Origin: the human T2T-CHM13v2.0 reference genome, Homo sapiens
NCBI RefSeq assembly: GCF_009914755.1
Contig: NC_060937.1
Length of the DNA: 64,000 nt
Strand: one strand, 5' to 3'
The notes under the pieces were generated by a model. It saw nothing but the letters and a program-made list of their open reading frames with translations. It searched no databases and was not told the DNA's origin. A program made the translations under genes and the position numbers. Shown here piece by piece: positions 12,991-27,019 of the stretch; positions within the stretch are counted from its first letter, which is position 1; each line of letters opens with the position of its first letter.

Positions 12991-13983
12991 CAAGGTCATC
13001 ATCTGCCTTTTGTATATCTTCAGCATCTGAGCTAGTACAAATGCTGCTGCCTTGTCAGCTAAGGTGATACCTAGGATCCTGGCGCAGGATCTGGTGTAGA
13101 CACTGATTACTTATCAAGAAAATCACTTCTCCTGTTGATGCATGCGCTTCTCAGCTTTGAGATGGTAAAGACAACTATCGTATTAATCAGACATGGAAGG
13201 AGTCACTCTTGAAATTTCTGCTCCGGGAAATATGGCTAACTAGAGATCCAGAGATATCTGAAACACTGAATACCTTTAAAATATGTTTTGATACGTATGG
13301 CAGAGCTGGCAGGAAGTAAGGACAATTCTGAGAGGCTGGAAACAGTGAGAAGATATGAGCGCAGGGAGGTAAGCTACAATTGGAGCCAGTGCTGTCCTGT
13401 GTTGTCTGAAGACCACTGGATACCTCGAGCCTGGGTTTTAACTGGCTCTGTGCCTAAAAGACAGGAGACAATGCCTCAGCTAGAGATGAAAAGTCAGACT
13501 GAACCCTGGCAACAAACAAACAACAGGACCTCAGAAGGGAAACGCTCTCAAAAACTGAACTTAAAAAATAAAATCTACCGAAGAAGAAGCTGGATATAAG
13601 TCTGTCTCATTCTTGGCCCTTGATGGCGGGGAGCATCAGTAGGAAAAACATCTCCTCAGAGAATATCTATCCAAAGCCTACACTTAAGAGGTTTGGGGGC
13701 TGGAATTCATTCCAAAAATGCAAGACAAACACGCAGTTAAAAAGGAATAGACTTCAACCCATGTCTCAGAAAATTGCTGCAATAAAGTTCTAGTAACTGG
13801 TGTTTACAGAGACAGAGACAGAGATAGAGAGATCCCAAAACACGAAAGAAAACAAGTCACCATGAGAAGGATCAATAGAACCAATAAATTGCAAAACCAG
13901 ACCATATAAGAATACAGGAACAGGATTATCAGATGAGAATGTAAGATATGTTTGTTTGATATGTTTAAAAACTGAAAGGCGGC

Positions 13984-14087
13984 GGCTGGTCCAATTGAGT
14001 GCAGTGGTGTTTACAACTAATCAATTACAACCAGTTACAAATGTCTTTGTTCTTTTTCCACTCCCACTGCTTCACTCGATTAGCCTT
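13984..14087 (+). pseudogene. RNY3: Y3 RNA (RNY3) retropseudogene
   Basis: ggctggtcc[aatt]gagtgcagtggtgtttacaactaa..acaaccagttaca..ccactcccactgcttcact..tagcctt matches hY3 full length; A-rich tail; TSD aaagg(c/t)ggc at 13975-13983 and 14123-14131. Confidence 0.93.
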
Positions 14088-14419
14088 AAACAAAACATAA
14101 AGTAAAATAAAACATGAAGGTAAAAGGTGGCAAGATTAAAAAGTTCTAGAGGTCTGCTGGACAACATTGTGCTTATAGTTAACAATACACTCTACCCTAA
14201 AAATGTATTGAGGATAATTAATTTCATGTTTTTATAACAATGAAAAAGAAACATCGTATAGAAAAGTTGGCAGAGAAAAAGAGACTACCAAATACAATCA
14301 GACAGATTTTGATAAAAATATCAGTTAGAAATTTGAGAAACAAAAGCTAAAGTAACTAGTCAGAACTACAGAGAAAATTTGTAAAGTCAAATATCAAGCT
14401 GAAGAAATTACCCAAAATG

Positions 14420-14879
<460 letters not shown>

Positions 14880-16254
14880 TCATGAATGAGACCTTCCAGA
14901 GCTGATTAATGACAATGATCCTCGGATTCATAAAGCCCAATGAACATCAAGATTTCCTAATGAAATCTTCACCCATACACACCCAATGAGAATGCAGAAT
15001 CACAAAAGACAAAGAAGTACTCAGAGAAAAAGACAGATAACCTACAAACAATATTAGCTCAACAGCTAATTCATGAACAGCAACAACACTGAGAGAAAGT
15101 CATTGTCAACCCAGAAAAACTCTCCTTCAAATATGAGGGTGAAATTAACACATTTTTTCAAATAAGAAAAACCTGAGAGATTTTTACCAACAAACACTCA
15201 GTACAGGAACTTCTAAAGGATGAATTTCAGGAAGAAGAAAATGATCTCAAAAGGAATTAAATGGTTCTCAAGAAGAAATCAGAAGTAAAGAAAATAATAA
15301 ACATATGGGTAAATATTTTAAGGTACAAAATACTAAATGTGATATCCAATTTGTGAAGTTAAAAAAAGAGATAGAAATAAAATACTAAACAAAAATAGCG
15401 TATGAGTCAGAAACAGGTAATTAGGCAACTTATCTCACCCTAGGAGTGACAGTTCTCTACCACCATAAATGTGAAGTAGCAGCCATTTTCAAAATGATCT
15501 CTGGAATCTAGTTGTTTCTACCTCAGATCAGTTTTTGATATCTTGCTCGAAGCGTTAATGGTTGCATTTTCTATGAGCCAAATTTCCTAATTGTGGCACT
15601 TGGGTACAAACCCAAAGCATTTAAGTAGCTCAACCAAGTGCAACACATCCAAAAACTCCTAGATTTTTGCTTTTTCCATTTCCGTCTCCATTTAATTTTG
15701 AAGAGTGATGAGATAACTGCAATGACAGCAATCTAAGTGGTTGTATATTTTGTCTAAAATGCCCTGAAATCATTCTGAGATATTATGTAAATACTCACAT
15801 CTGCTCATTACGTCTTTAGAGGGGAGGCTCCACAGTCCTCCTGCCAGTGCTGTTTCTTAAGATGAGATCATTAGAAAAGGATTAGTGGTGTAATGTCTGC
15901 GGGGCTCAAACAATAATTTGAGACTTTCAGATGTGCACAAGGTAATTTTAAATAAATTCCAGGGTTTTTCTGATGATAGCCCTCAGTTCAATCATAGCTG
16001 CCTTTAAAGAAATGCTAATTGGATGAGGTAATATTTAATGCAAAACTTGACGCATGCCAGGCCCTCAATAAATATAGCTATCATTATTCTTAGTATAATT
16101 TCTGGGTATAAATAAAACAAACACAGAAAGTGTGGCACCATGATGGACTTTAGAAGTCTTGGTTCCCAGCAGTGACTTATAACTTTCCAAGGCCACAAAA
16201 TGGAGGGGACAGAGAGAGACTTAGATATCACTACATTTGATTTCTGGGGATTGC

Positions 16255-17360
16255 TGATTCATTGAGTTAATAAATATTTAGAGAGCACTTATGCTTGGCA
16301 ATGATGACACAATAATATACAAGATGTGATCCCTCCTCTAAAGGAATTCACAGTTGACTAGTAAAACTGTTGCCAGACCCTGGAGACAGAGATGAACAAG
16401 GTATGTGTCTTCGGTATCTCACCATCTATTAGAGAACACAGATAAATTTTAAACCCATAAATTACAAAACATCACTGTTGTAAAAGAGTCATAGACAAAG
16501 CATTGGAGGGTACAAGAGACAGGATACCTAATCCAGATTAATGGTGTTGTGGAAAATTTTAAAAGGAGTTGACTTTTGAAACTGGACTTGGAAGATGAAT
16601 AGAAAATAAAAAGAAAAGAAGGAGCATCCTGGACAGAGGGGAAAATGCCTCTAGAGCCACAAAATGGGATGCCAGCTTTGAGGAATGGCGAGCAGTTCTG
16701 CTGGCTTGATTGTCGAGTATGTAGGTGAAAACTGGCAAAAGTATGGGCTGGACAACTAGATTGGACTCAGTCTGGGACAAATCTTGCAACATTTACAAAG
16801 AATGTACACCTTATCCTAGAGCAGCAGGGGTCAACATGGAATTGGAAGCAAGAGATGGCTATATTGAATCTTAAAAAAAATAATAATAATTTCAGGAAGA
16901 TGGTGTTAAAGTCACCCCAGATATGAAAGAGAGAAATGGTCAGAAGAAAAAAAAAAAACACAGTGTAAAGGCCATAGCAATAGTCTAGACAGGACATGAT
17001 AATGATATGAATCAAATCATAGCAGTGAGAATGTTACCAGACATATAAGGAGAAATTTGGCAAGACAGGCAACAAATTGAATGTGGTAGGAGAGAAAGAA
17101 GAGAAAGCAAAGATGGTGAAGGATTATCTAACTTGAGAAACTGAGTGAGCCAGTTTCACTACTTTCTGAGAGAAAATGTGTAAGATATAGAACAGGTTTG
17201 GGAGAAACACAACAAATTCTGTTTAGCAAATTTTACCTTTGAGATGCTTATGTTATCTCAATAGGGAGGATGTATTTGGTAGGCAATTCAAAATATGGGG
17301 GTGATGTTTTGGGGACACAAGAATTTGGAAGAGTGATAGTTGAAACTATCTATGAGTTTG
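16255..17360 (-). mobile_element. L2 LINE
   Basis: 3' end attcattgagttaataaatatttagagagcactt; body gacttttgaaactggacttggaagatgaatag..tttgagatgctt. Confidence 0.7.
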
Positions 17361-18759
17361 AGGATGTCATCTGATGAATTCAAGATTTAAAACCAAACCA
17401 TAAAACAAAATATAGGAAGGAGACCGAAGGGACCCAAAGATCCGTTCAGAGCAACCCTGTAAGATCAATCACTCAGGACAACCCACGAGGCACTGCGTCC
17501 TGCGTCAATCACTGTGGAGGAGGACAATAGACATGCAAAGCCTCCCACATTTTCCTCACCTCTCCTCTAAGCAGAAAATGCTCAGGCTACATTGCTACTG
17601 CTTTTCTGCTACTACCTCTCTTAAGCCATGACGAGCTACAAACTCACTGTCAGGATTCTTGAACTTTTCTTTACATCCTTTAACTGACTAGAAGTCTTTG
17701 AGATAAAAAGGAGATAACGCAAAATACATAGATAATAAGTTGGTTCACCGAGAAGCCACAGAGCAACAAAACCGACCCAGGACTAAAAGCTCATGGCTTC
17801 TCTTTGTGACAGTGGCCTACCTTTGATCCCAGCTTCCCCCTTCAAGGTATATGTCCATGCACTAGAATATCCATCACAACACTCCCCACATTGACCTGCC
17901 TAAAGAACATGCTATGGAAAGATGACCTACATCCATTTTTACTATCTCCCCACAGCACAGTTTCCTTCCTCATGACTTCCATAACATCTGCTGTGTCTTT
18001 TCCTTTGAAGACAAAAGCAGCCTTGGAAAACAATGGCATTCAAACAGCCAGGGACTGATTGATCTCTCTTTGCTCCTGGTTATAGTCTCTGCTTTACCCT
18101 ATCTCTGTATTTATGCCCTTGACATATTTTAAATTCAAGGATAATAAGACAGGATCCAAGTTCATGCCCCCAAACTGCTCACATCTTCCTGGAAATGACT
18201 AGAAATCCTGACATTCCCAAGCAAGAAGTCTCCTCTCTAGCTGTTAAATGATGGTAAGTGGGAATGGCAGATAACTTTAAATCGACCATTAAAATCGTTT
18301 GCCATGCATCATCAGCACTTTTCAAACTGGAGTCTGAGGTGCCCAATGATAGGAGCTGTGGGCCAGATGACTCATGAAACCACGAGATAAAACTGTTGCT
18401 TCTCTTTAAAACTTCAGTTTTACTAGATTTGAAGGGGAATTTTGTCTTAATATTAAATAAGCACAAATATATTAAAGAATAGGCTGCCAAGTTTGCATGG
18501 GTTTTTTTTTTAAAGATAAAATATGAGACTTCAAAGAAATTTTAGACCTCTAGACAGACTGCTTCCAGCCCCCTAAATCAAAGAGCAAAGATTCTCTCTC
18601 TTCTCCCACGGGGGTACTTCAGATGCTTGGGCAAGATTCCTGCTTCCTGGAAGAATAAGACGAGTGGATAAACTCTGTCAGTCTGACAAAAGAAAAGTGT
18701 CTGGAGGATAAAAATAGATACTGTCTAGAATGAGAATATACAGAACTAATATGGATACT

Positions 18760-18895
18760 GATTTCAAGATGAGAGGGTAGACCTAGAATCCTAAACCAGG
18801 GAAGCCTGGCTCACTCATTTCCTTCATAGCCTTGGAGAAGACTTGGAATTTCCCTGAGTCTCAGTTTCCTCGCCAGTAAAATGGAGTTGTACTAG
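18760..18895 (+). mobile_element. MIR
   Basis: ccttggagaagacttggaatttccctgagtctcagtttcctcgccagtaaaatgg. Confidence 0.7.
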
Positions 18896-18899
18896 AAGA

Positions 18900-19165
18900 A
18901 AAGTCACAAGTGATTTACAATTTTTGAATAGTTTCCAACATTTAAAACTCAGTAGATTTCAAATAAAAATCTAAATTGTTGTCTTCTCTTAAAAAATTAG
19001 AATATCTCATCCCTAAGCCTATCGCCTTCCTAGATGGCAACTGTTTGTTGCAGTTGTGAGGAGTCGTTCTTTAGACAGGACACGAGTCCCTACCACATCC
19101 TGAGTGGGAGCTTATCTGAGCCCCCAGCTCACCTCAAACATTGACCTGCTCTGCCTGACTCTATA
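18900..19165. mobile_element. hAT-Charlie DNA transposon fragment (MER102-like)
   Basis: agatttcaaataaaaatct..tcttctcttaaaaaattagaatatct..atggcaac..ctttagacagg. Confidence 0.5.
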
Positions 19166-19171
19166 GAGACC

Positions 19172-19384
19172 TACTGTGCCCATCCAATCCAGTAGCTCCT
19201 AGCTACATGGGGCTACTTACATTTAAGTTTAAATTAATTAAAATTAAATAAACTTTAAAATTCAGTTCTTCAGTCACACTAGCCATTTCAAGTGCTCAAG
19301 GGTCACAGGCAGCTGGTGGCCACCGCACGGGACACAGCTTTAGAACGTTTTCATTGCCGCAAAAAGTTCCATTAGACGGGGCTG
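19172..19384. mobile_element. MER3-like hAT-Charlie MITE
   Basis: tagctacatg..aaattaattaaaattaaataa..aaaattcagttcttcagtcacactagccatttcaagtgctcaa. Confidence 0.8.
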
Positions 19385-20259
19385 CATACACATTCGAATA
19401 TATAACTCCAGGCTAGGTGACATTTCGGATCTCTCAGCCCTGATACCCTAGATTCTTTATGGGGCATCACAGCCACTGCACAAGTGTCCCTTTAAAAAAT
19501 CTTTCCTTCTCCATCTGTTGCCATAGTTGGAGATGATGTCTAAGGGCACAAAGAGGACTTGTGGCTTCCACTGTGAGCAAGGAAAGACAGGCATGTTGAC
19601 TTGTCTTTGAGGCCAGTTTGATGGGGACAGCTGGAAGCAGCAGAGGTTTGGGATTCCACAGGCAGGAGTCCTCAGCTCCTCCTCTCCCCACAGCCTCAAT
19701 CAGCTCAGCTAAGAGTGGCAGTTCCCATTCTCCTCTTAAGGAAAAGGGTAATTAAGACAGACACACAAATAGTAGCCATTCCAGAGGTGTTCCCCTGCAG
19801 AAGAATTAGGCAAATCTAAAAGCTATTAGCTAGAGACACAACATAATTGAATACGCAATGGAGAGTTTGCCCCCAGCACAGAGACTGGCCTCAGAGACAC
19901 TCAGTAAGGAGAGCTGTAGGTGTGAGCAGCACTTCAGCTGTACTAATGTATAATTACAAATGAGCCGGATTCCTCCATCTTTTTCATTACAGCCAGCCCC
20001 TCCGGGAGCACTCTCAGGCAACACTTAGTTAGCAGTTAATAAGCCACTGCATGTGCCAGGCAGCAGCCAAATTGCATTTTCCCCAACACTTTCATTCACA
20101 CTGGCCTTCCCCCATTGGATCAGCAAACATGAGATTATCCTGCTCCCTTTTACATGGACTCTAGAATTTGAATTCAGGAAGTAGCATACCCACTGTCTTG
20201 GAGATAGGGGTTTGGCGATTTGACACTCTTTAAGACCCTACCCAAGGAAGGTGGAACAG

Positions 20260-20418
20260 CAGTGCCTCTCAAACTAGCCCACAGCTTATGAAAAAATACT
20301 GACACCCGACATCAACCCAGCCCAATAAGGTCAGAATCCCAGGAGTGGGGCCCAGGAATTTAAATGTTTTTAAAATATCTTGGAGAATTCTGAAATATAC
20401 CAGGATTGAGAACCGCTG
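20260..20418. mobile_element. MER5-family hAT MITE
   Basis: TIR-like cagtgcctctcaaa...ttgagaaccgctg; tcagaatcccaggagtggggcccaggaat. Confidence 0.75.
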
Positions 20419-21750
20419 GCTTTTGTTATCTGGGGGCCACTTGACCACGCCATCCCAATCCCACTGTTAGACATGCAGAGAGATCAGGACTCTTCCTCGC
20501 CTTGGCCTCTTCTTTATCAGATGGATGATCACACCCCTGACGGGCCGTGCAGTAGTCAAGGACAGCCAATTTATGTGGAGAGATTAAGCATCGAAGACTC
20601 CAGGAACCAAGAGCCCAAAACCTGCTATGCCTCTAGCCCAAGATCCAAGAGAAGTTCTACCCCGGTCTTTCCTGGTTCTCTGGATCCTGAGCATGGGAGG
20701 GAGAGTGGGAGACTTTTCTGTAGGAATTGGATGGTGCCCTGAGTAGATGGGTCAGGAAGAAACAAGAGAGAGGTAATGAGAGACATCCAAGAAGTTTTAG
20801 GAGGGGAAAATAAAATAATTAGCCATGCAGCTGCTAAGCCATGAAGCAGAGAGTGAAGGAGAAAGGAACAGCAGTGAGCAAAGTGAGACATGAGCAGGCA
20901 CAAGTGTGGCAGCCAGGAATGGCGACAGCTGCCCATTTGTGTGTGTGTGGCACCCAGATTAAGCACATGTCCTCACATGTCCAGTGTGAGGCCTGACAAG
21001 CACAGATGTCAGATGAAAATATGAGCACCCGGGCTTGCCTTAACACTAGTAGGGCAGGCCTCTACAAGAAACCCCCATCAATTTCTAGACTGTTTTGCCA
21101 AACCCAGTAAATCAGTCTGGGTCCCACTGCCTGGCGTCATCCCTGCATATCTAAAAAAGCAGTGAAATATGGGACATCTAGAATTACGAGCTCCTTCACA
21201 CATGGGCTGGCTCGGTGGCCTCGGCTGTACAGCTGTCCTCTCCTGACCCGGGCTTAATCTCTCCCTAATGAATTTTCTTTCTTGATATTCAAGCAGATGG
21301 CTCCACAGGAGAGTGAACGCATTCCCAAATCTTACAGCATGACTCTGTACACATGGGAAAATGTAGGTTGTGTTTTGGTTTTTGCTTTTTTCCTTAAGAG
21401 GTGCAATGAACACAATAATGTCTTTGAGGCTTTCAATGCCTAACCAAAACCAGCCAGGCTTTCCCTGGGATCTGGCTCTCATGGTGTTCTTAGTGGCACT
21501 GGCAATATACTGACTGTTCCACCAATCCTGAGACATTTGAGAGCTTCACCTAAAGAGTGGACTGTGCGGGTCCTTCCTCCTGATCCCAGGGGCTTCTGCA
21601 TGAAACTTTACGCCTCTCACAGGTCCTCAGATAGAAGCAGAGAGCCTGGGACCTGCTTGACATTTTAACTTTGTTGCCCTGGGAGAGGAAGGGAATCAAA
21701 TACCCCATCTAATCTGTATAGTTACCACATGAGGTTGACCTACTCAGGGA

Positions 21751-22040
21751 TTTTTTTTTTTTTTTTTTTGAGACAGAGTCTCCCTCTGTCACCCAGGCTG
21801 GAGTGCGGTGGCTCACTGCAAGCTCCACCTCCCGGGTTCACGCCATTCTCCTGCCTCAGCCTCCCAAGAAGCTGGGACTACAGGAACCCACCACCATACC
21901 CGGCTAATTTTTTTGTATTTTTAGTAGAGATGGAGTTTCACCATGTTAGCCAGGATAGTCTGGATCTCCTGACCTTGTGATCCGCCCACCTCAACCTCCC
22001 AGAGTGCTGGGATTACAGGTGTGAGCCACCGCGCCCGGCC
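21751..22040 (-). mobile_element. AluY-like full-length element
   Basis: AluY diagnostics gcaagctcc, ggttcacgccattc, ttagccaggat; TSD tcagggat; ~11-bp deletion between two ggc motifs. Confidence 0.93.
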
Positions 22041-22229
22041 TCAGGGATGCTTTTTAAAGTCAAGTCTCTGGGCAGAAGGAAAAAGGCTGGGTTCAGTACA
22101 AAATGCTCTACCAATGCTGAAATGTCAATAAAGCACTAGATGGGGGTGATGCATATATAGGCCCATTCCCTAAAGACCAGGCTCACAGACTCAGAAAAGA
22201 TGGGAAGAAACCTCAGAGATGATCCGTTC

Positions 22230-22600
22230 ACATGGTTCTCAAGTCTGGCTGCATATGAGAACCACCAGGAGAGTTTTCTAAGCAAGTTAATCCAACTCCC
22301 ATTCCAGAGGTAGAACTGCAGGCATGGGATCCTGGCATAATCATTTTCTTAGTTCCCCAGATTATGCAGTTCTGGCCCTTAGGGGCTCTCGAGTGTGGCA
22401 GAAATGAGACTGAAACCCTAGCTCCCTCCTCCAGGGTGACCCAAACTTGACTAAACCCATGAATCACCAGAGGCGATTCTGTAAACATGCGGATTAAAAA
22501 TCAGAAGGTCTGGGGTGGGCCTGAGATTCTGCATTTCTAAATGACTTCCAGGTGAAGCGGATGTTGCTGCCGGCCCTCAGACCACACTTCGAGGTATCAG
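22230..22600. mobile_element. MER5A-type fragments
   Basis: tggttctcaagtctggctgcatatgagaacc; ggtctggggtgggcctgagattctgcatttctaa..ccaggtga..gaccacactt. Confidence 0.75.
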
Positions 22601-22679
22601 GTCCTGGCATCTAGTCCTATAAATAGATGAGTCACATGCCTATTGGCCTTCAGTCTTTCTAACATCAAGACTAGAGAGC

Positions 22680-22905
22680 CAATGTGGCAGAGAGGTTAGA
22701 TGGGGAGGAGCCATGTTTTTCACCCTGATTTTGGAACTTAATTGCTGTGCAATCTTGAGCAAGTCACTTAACCTCTCTGATCTTTAATTTCCTCAGATGT
22801 TAAAATAGAGAAAAAACTAATACATACACAAAGTTGTAAGGCTGATCAGATGAGATGTGAAGTTGTTCTATAAACTGTAAAATACTACAAAGTTTAAGAG
22901 TTTAT
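22680..22905 (+). mobile_element. MIR
   Basis: tcttgagcaagtcacttaacctctctgatctttaatttcctcagatgttaaaatag. Confidence 0.75.
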
Positions 22906-23063
22906 TATAAAATTGGCCTTTGAAAGATACCATTTTAGCCTTTAAAATGTTGGTCATTTATATGTGCACACTTTTTGTAGTCCTGTATTTCTCCTAGTGG
23001 TAGCACATGTATGTGGACACACATGCAATAGATGAGTTTTATCTCCTAAAAGGTTTAAACTCT

Positions 23064-23064
<1 letters not shown>

Positions 23065-23102
<38 letters not shown>
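23065..23102. repeat. (GT)~19 microsatellite
   Basis: Pure GT run. Confidence 0.97.
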
Positions 23103-23103
<1 letters not shown>

Positions 23104-24211
23104 CTTATACCATTGCCTGGAGTGTAAGGACTTGCAAGGAAATTCTCTTTGACCAGGAGGATTCAAGAATGCAGAGCAAATGTCCAGGAGTCGCAGCCAA
23201 ATTGGTAGCTTTTCTTGCTCCTTTCCACTGCATTAGCATGCCCCTAGCCAAAACAAGATGGCACCATGCCCCGGCCAACTTGATCTCAATGTTCTCCACA
23301 GCTGTGTGTCCCCACTGGGGTGAGTATTGGAGCAATGTCTCATGTCTAGTCTAGCCAGGAAGATTGTCACTTTGGACCCTAACCCTTTCTGAGGTTTGAG
23401 CCTCCAATTCACTCATGTCTGGCCAGCACGAGTCATGCCATCCATGTATCCTCACTCCCAAAAGAAATGACACCCTTGGCAAATTCTTGAACTACGTTTT
23501 GGAAGCCGCTGCTGAGGTTGCGCAAACACATTTGGCACAGGCTTCAGGGACCAAGCAGTTCTCTGGGTTGAATCGCAGAAACAAAATGTACTTGTCCTGC
23601 TTCCGAGATGGTGTCTGAGGACTTGGCTCCCTCGGCCGAGGAACTGCCTCCTCGCTGATGTCATCCTGCCACGGAAAGGCAAACATCTCTGGGTTCAGCA
23701 GTTCAGAACCAGAAGTGAGAAAAGTTGGGGATCCAAAGGGCATCCACCCAGGCTTAACTCCATCGGGACAACCTAGAGAGACATGCACTCAATTCTTAAC
23801 AACTAAATCATCTTAAAATAAAATGTATTGAAGCAGTTTGTGAGGAGGAATCATGCTGCTGAAATGCCCTCGGGCAAGGATTACTGGTCGTGATGCTACC
23901 TCCATCCAGTGGGGTTTTGTGGGGCTCCAGGTGCTGCCACATGCACCCCATAGGAGCACAAGTTCCCAGAGGCCCAGGAGAATATTCAACATCCAACCCT
24001 AAGGAAGAAATAATTTCCATGTAGCACTCGTGCCTCACATTCATGTCACTGCGTAATATCTCAGACATCCAGTGACTGCACTTTCCTGGCCAAATTGAGG
24101 CGGGTGCTTCTGGAGTCTGGTACATTTCTCAACTCCAGGTTATTTCTCAGCACACAAAGTACCAGGGCTGCTTCAGTCTCCTCAGAGGAGCCATTCTCGA
24201 GATGGAGTTTC

Positions 24212-24316
24212 TTTTTTGTTTTATTTTACTTTAAGTTCTGGGATACATGTGCCGAACGTGCAGGTTTGTTATATAGGTATACGTGTGCCATGGTGGTTTG
24301 CTGCACCTATCAACCC
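24212..24316 (-). mobile_element. Short 5'-truncated L1PA (L1PA7/8-like) 3' end
   Basis: tactttaagttctgggatacatgtg..aacgtgcaggtttgtta..ccatggtggtttgctgcacctatcaaccc; TSD aga(t/c)ggag(c)ttctttt on both sides. Confidence 0.9.
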
Positions 24317-24599
24317 AAGACGGAGCTTCTTTTACCCAGAAAAAAAAAATGAATCCTCTTTCCCATATTCATAATTTTCAAATGTAAAATCTGAAATTTT
24401 TCTTACCAGATCAGAACTCCCTAATGCCCAATGCTGCAGACCACAGAGCCACTCAGCTTTGTGACCAGAATAAAAGCCTTCATGAAATCATGAAATTTGT
24501 TCTGGTGGTCACAAGAGTCAGACATGCACATCATGCAGAGATTTGTATGATGAAGTCTTAGGAAGACAGTGGAAGGTGTGGACCTTCCTTAAAGAGTGA

Positions 24600-25270
24600 T
24601 CAATCTTCTGGGGCCTCATCCTTGGCTGTCCACTGGAATCCCTTGGAAACTATTTCACAGCTCGAATGCCTCGGCCGTCCACCAAACTATGCGAATGGAA
24701 CTTCTGAAGAGGAAGCATAAGTATTTGTGAAAGTCCCCTCCATTGATTCTAATGGATATCAGGGATTGAGAAAGCACTCTCTCATCCAATTCTCTGTTTT
24801 CCTAGATGAGAAAATTTTGTCCCAAAGAATTCAAGTACTTTACTTAAGGTCACACTGATCACTAGGGGCAGAGCTAGGACTGGAGCCTAGATATCCCAAT
24901 TGCTGGGCCAAGTTTTTTCACTCCAGGTAAGCAGAACAGTAATTTTGTAGATGTGCAGCCAGGGAAACCATTTCACAAATGGTTGAGGTGAGGCTGCTGG
25001 AACCAGACTCCCAGGGCTTGCTTGTTGAAAGAATTACTTGATGGATTGATCAGAATTCTAGTTCTGCCACCCTATTGTGGGGACGCGGCAAACCACTGAA
25101 CCTTGCAAAACTTCATGTTCTTATTAATAAAATGGGGGTGGGTGGTGTTTAGGATGGGGAGGGGTAATAATAATACCTTCCTCCTCGTATTGTGAGCTTT
25201 TAATGAAATAATATCCATAAAATGCTTAGAAGAGTGCTAGGCACATAACAAATGCTCAATAATGTGGCCT
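24600..25270. mobile_element. MER5 fragment (~24600-24775), MIR (-, ~24780-24920), MIR (+, ~25040-25270)
   Basis: gattgagaaagcact; tagatgagaaaatt..taaggtcacac; ataatatccataaaatgcttagaagagtgctaggcacataac. Confidence 0.6.
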
Positions 25271-25904
25271 CTCATTAATATTAGTATACAGATGCACTGG
25301 TACTAGTTCTGAGGGTTTATGGCATTAATGTCTGAAGCCAGCAGCACGTCATGTGTTGGAGAGAGGAATGGGGATTGGCCTTGTAGGACACTCAGCAGTA
25401 CATAGGCATGGACTAAGACTCCACAGTCCACGAAAACTTGGCCTTTCTTGACTTCCAAGATGATTTACTGTTCAAATTCCAATCACATTGCTTGGAACGA
25501 GGGTCTCCATCCTCCTTCCACTTGGGGCTGTCTAAATACATGCAGTCTCTGTGGTCTAACAGAGAGGAGTTGAAGATGCAAACTTGACCCTTCATCCCTC
25601 CAGACAAAACTGAATAGATGAGGGGTGTTTCCCAACCCAGGTACCCAAGTCAGATCCCAAGCTGTAACACAAGAAAAAATAACTGGGCCTAGAAAATTCC
25701 TTCCCCAAACCTCCTCCTGATTTCAGTATTTATATGATTTACCCCATCATTTATTGCTCAACTTGATTTAAAACATCATCTTTTTAAATGATTCTCTTCT
25801 GTTCTTCAATCTCTACCTCCACTACAAAAGAAAAGTCTCTCTTTACTCACACTCCCGACCCAGTTTAAGCCCTCCTTAACTTATGCCTGAATTATCCTCC
25901 TGAA

Positions 25905-26072
25905 CCCTTTGCTACTGGAAGTGTGGCCTACAGACCAGCAGCTTTGGCATCACCTGGAAACTTGCTACAAATGCAGGATCTTGAATCTCACCCTAGATCT
26001 ACAGAATCAGAATCGGCATTTTAACAAGATCCTCAGATGATTCATGTGCCAGTTCAAGGTGAGAACCACTGG
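25905..26072. mobile_element. MER5A
   Basis: accagcagctttggcatcacctggaaacttgct..aaatgcag..gcattttaacaagatcctcagatgattc..gagaaccactg. Confidence 0.85.
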
Positions 26073-26337
26073 GCAGATTCATGTTCTCCTTCCTGGGTTA
26101 TGCCTCTTCTCTTTGTGCTGTGTGGTGTTACCTGATTCACTCCCCGAGGTGCTGCTTCATGCCACTCCCAAACTCATAATCTTCAACTTTCAGTATTTCA
26201 AGTCAGGCAATGCTAATACTTCATATGCATGTAGACAGGACTTTCAGATCATAACGCATTCTCATTTAGCATTTTATCTAAGGTCACATCTAATCAGCAA
26301 TTTTATGGTAATACCCCAAATATCCCAAATCCAACTA

Positions 26338-26399
26338 TGTTGAATTAGGGTTCCCCAGAGGAATAGAACCAACAGGAAACAGATGGACAGACAGACAGA

Positions 26400-26431
<32 letters not shown>

Positions 26432-26990
26432 TATACATATATACATATATATGTGTATATATATGTATGTGTGTATGTATATATTTACATATATAGAGAG
26501 AGAGAGAGAAGAAGAAGAGACAGAGAGAGAGAGATTTATTGTAGGAATTGGCCCACATGATTATGGTGGCCATGAAGTTTCACCATCTGCCATTTGCAAG
26601 CTGGAGAACCAGGAAAGCTAGTGGTGTAATTCAATCTAAATCCAAAGGCCTGAGGACCAGCAAAGACAATGGTGTAGGTCCCAGTCCAACTCTAAAGGGA
26701 TGGGGTGGGTGCAGTGTCTCAGGGCAGGCAGGAGAAGATGGATGGCCCAGATCAGATGAGGAGAAAATTCACCCTTCGTTCACTCTTCCTTATTTTGTTC
26801 CATTCATGTCCTTGGCAGATTGGATGAGGCCCACCCACTCTGGGGAGTGCAATCTTCTTTACTTCTTTACTTTACCAATTCAAACGCTAACCTCTTCCAG
26901 AAACACCCTCACAGACACACCCAATAATGTTGTACCAGCTATCTGGGATCCCTTAGCCCAGTCAAGTTGCACGTACAATTCACCATCACA
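26338..26990 (-). mobile_element. MLT2 (ERVL) solo LTR containing its characteristic compound microsatellite (GACA/CA/TA/GA, 26385-26532)
   Basis: tagggttccccagag..agaaccaacagga..gagatttattgtaggaattggc..gcaagctggagaaccaggaaagc..cccagtcaagttg..accatcaca. Confidence 0.9.
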
Positions 26991-27019
26991 CCATGTATTT
27001 CAGTCTCCCAACAACCACT

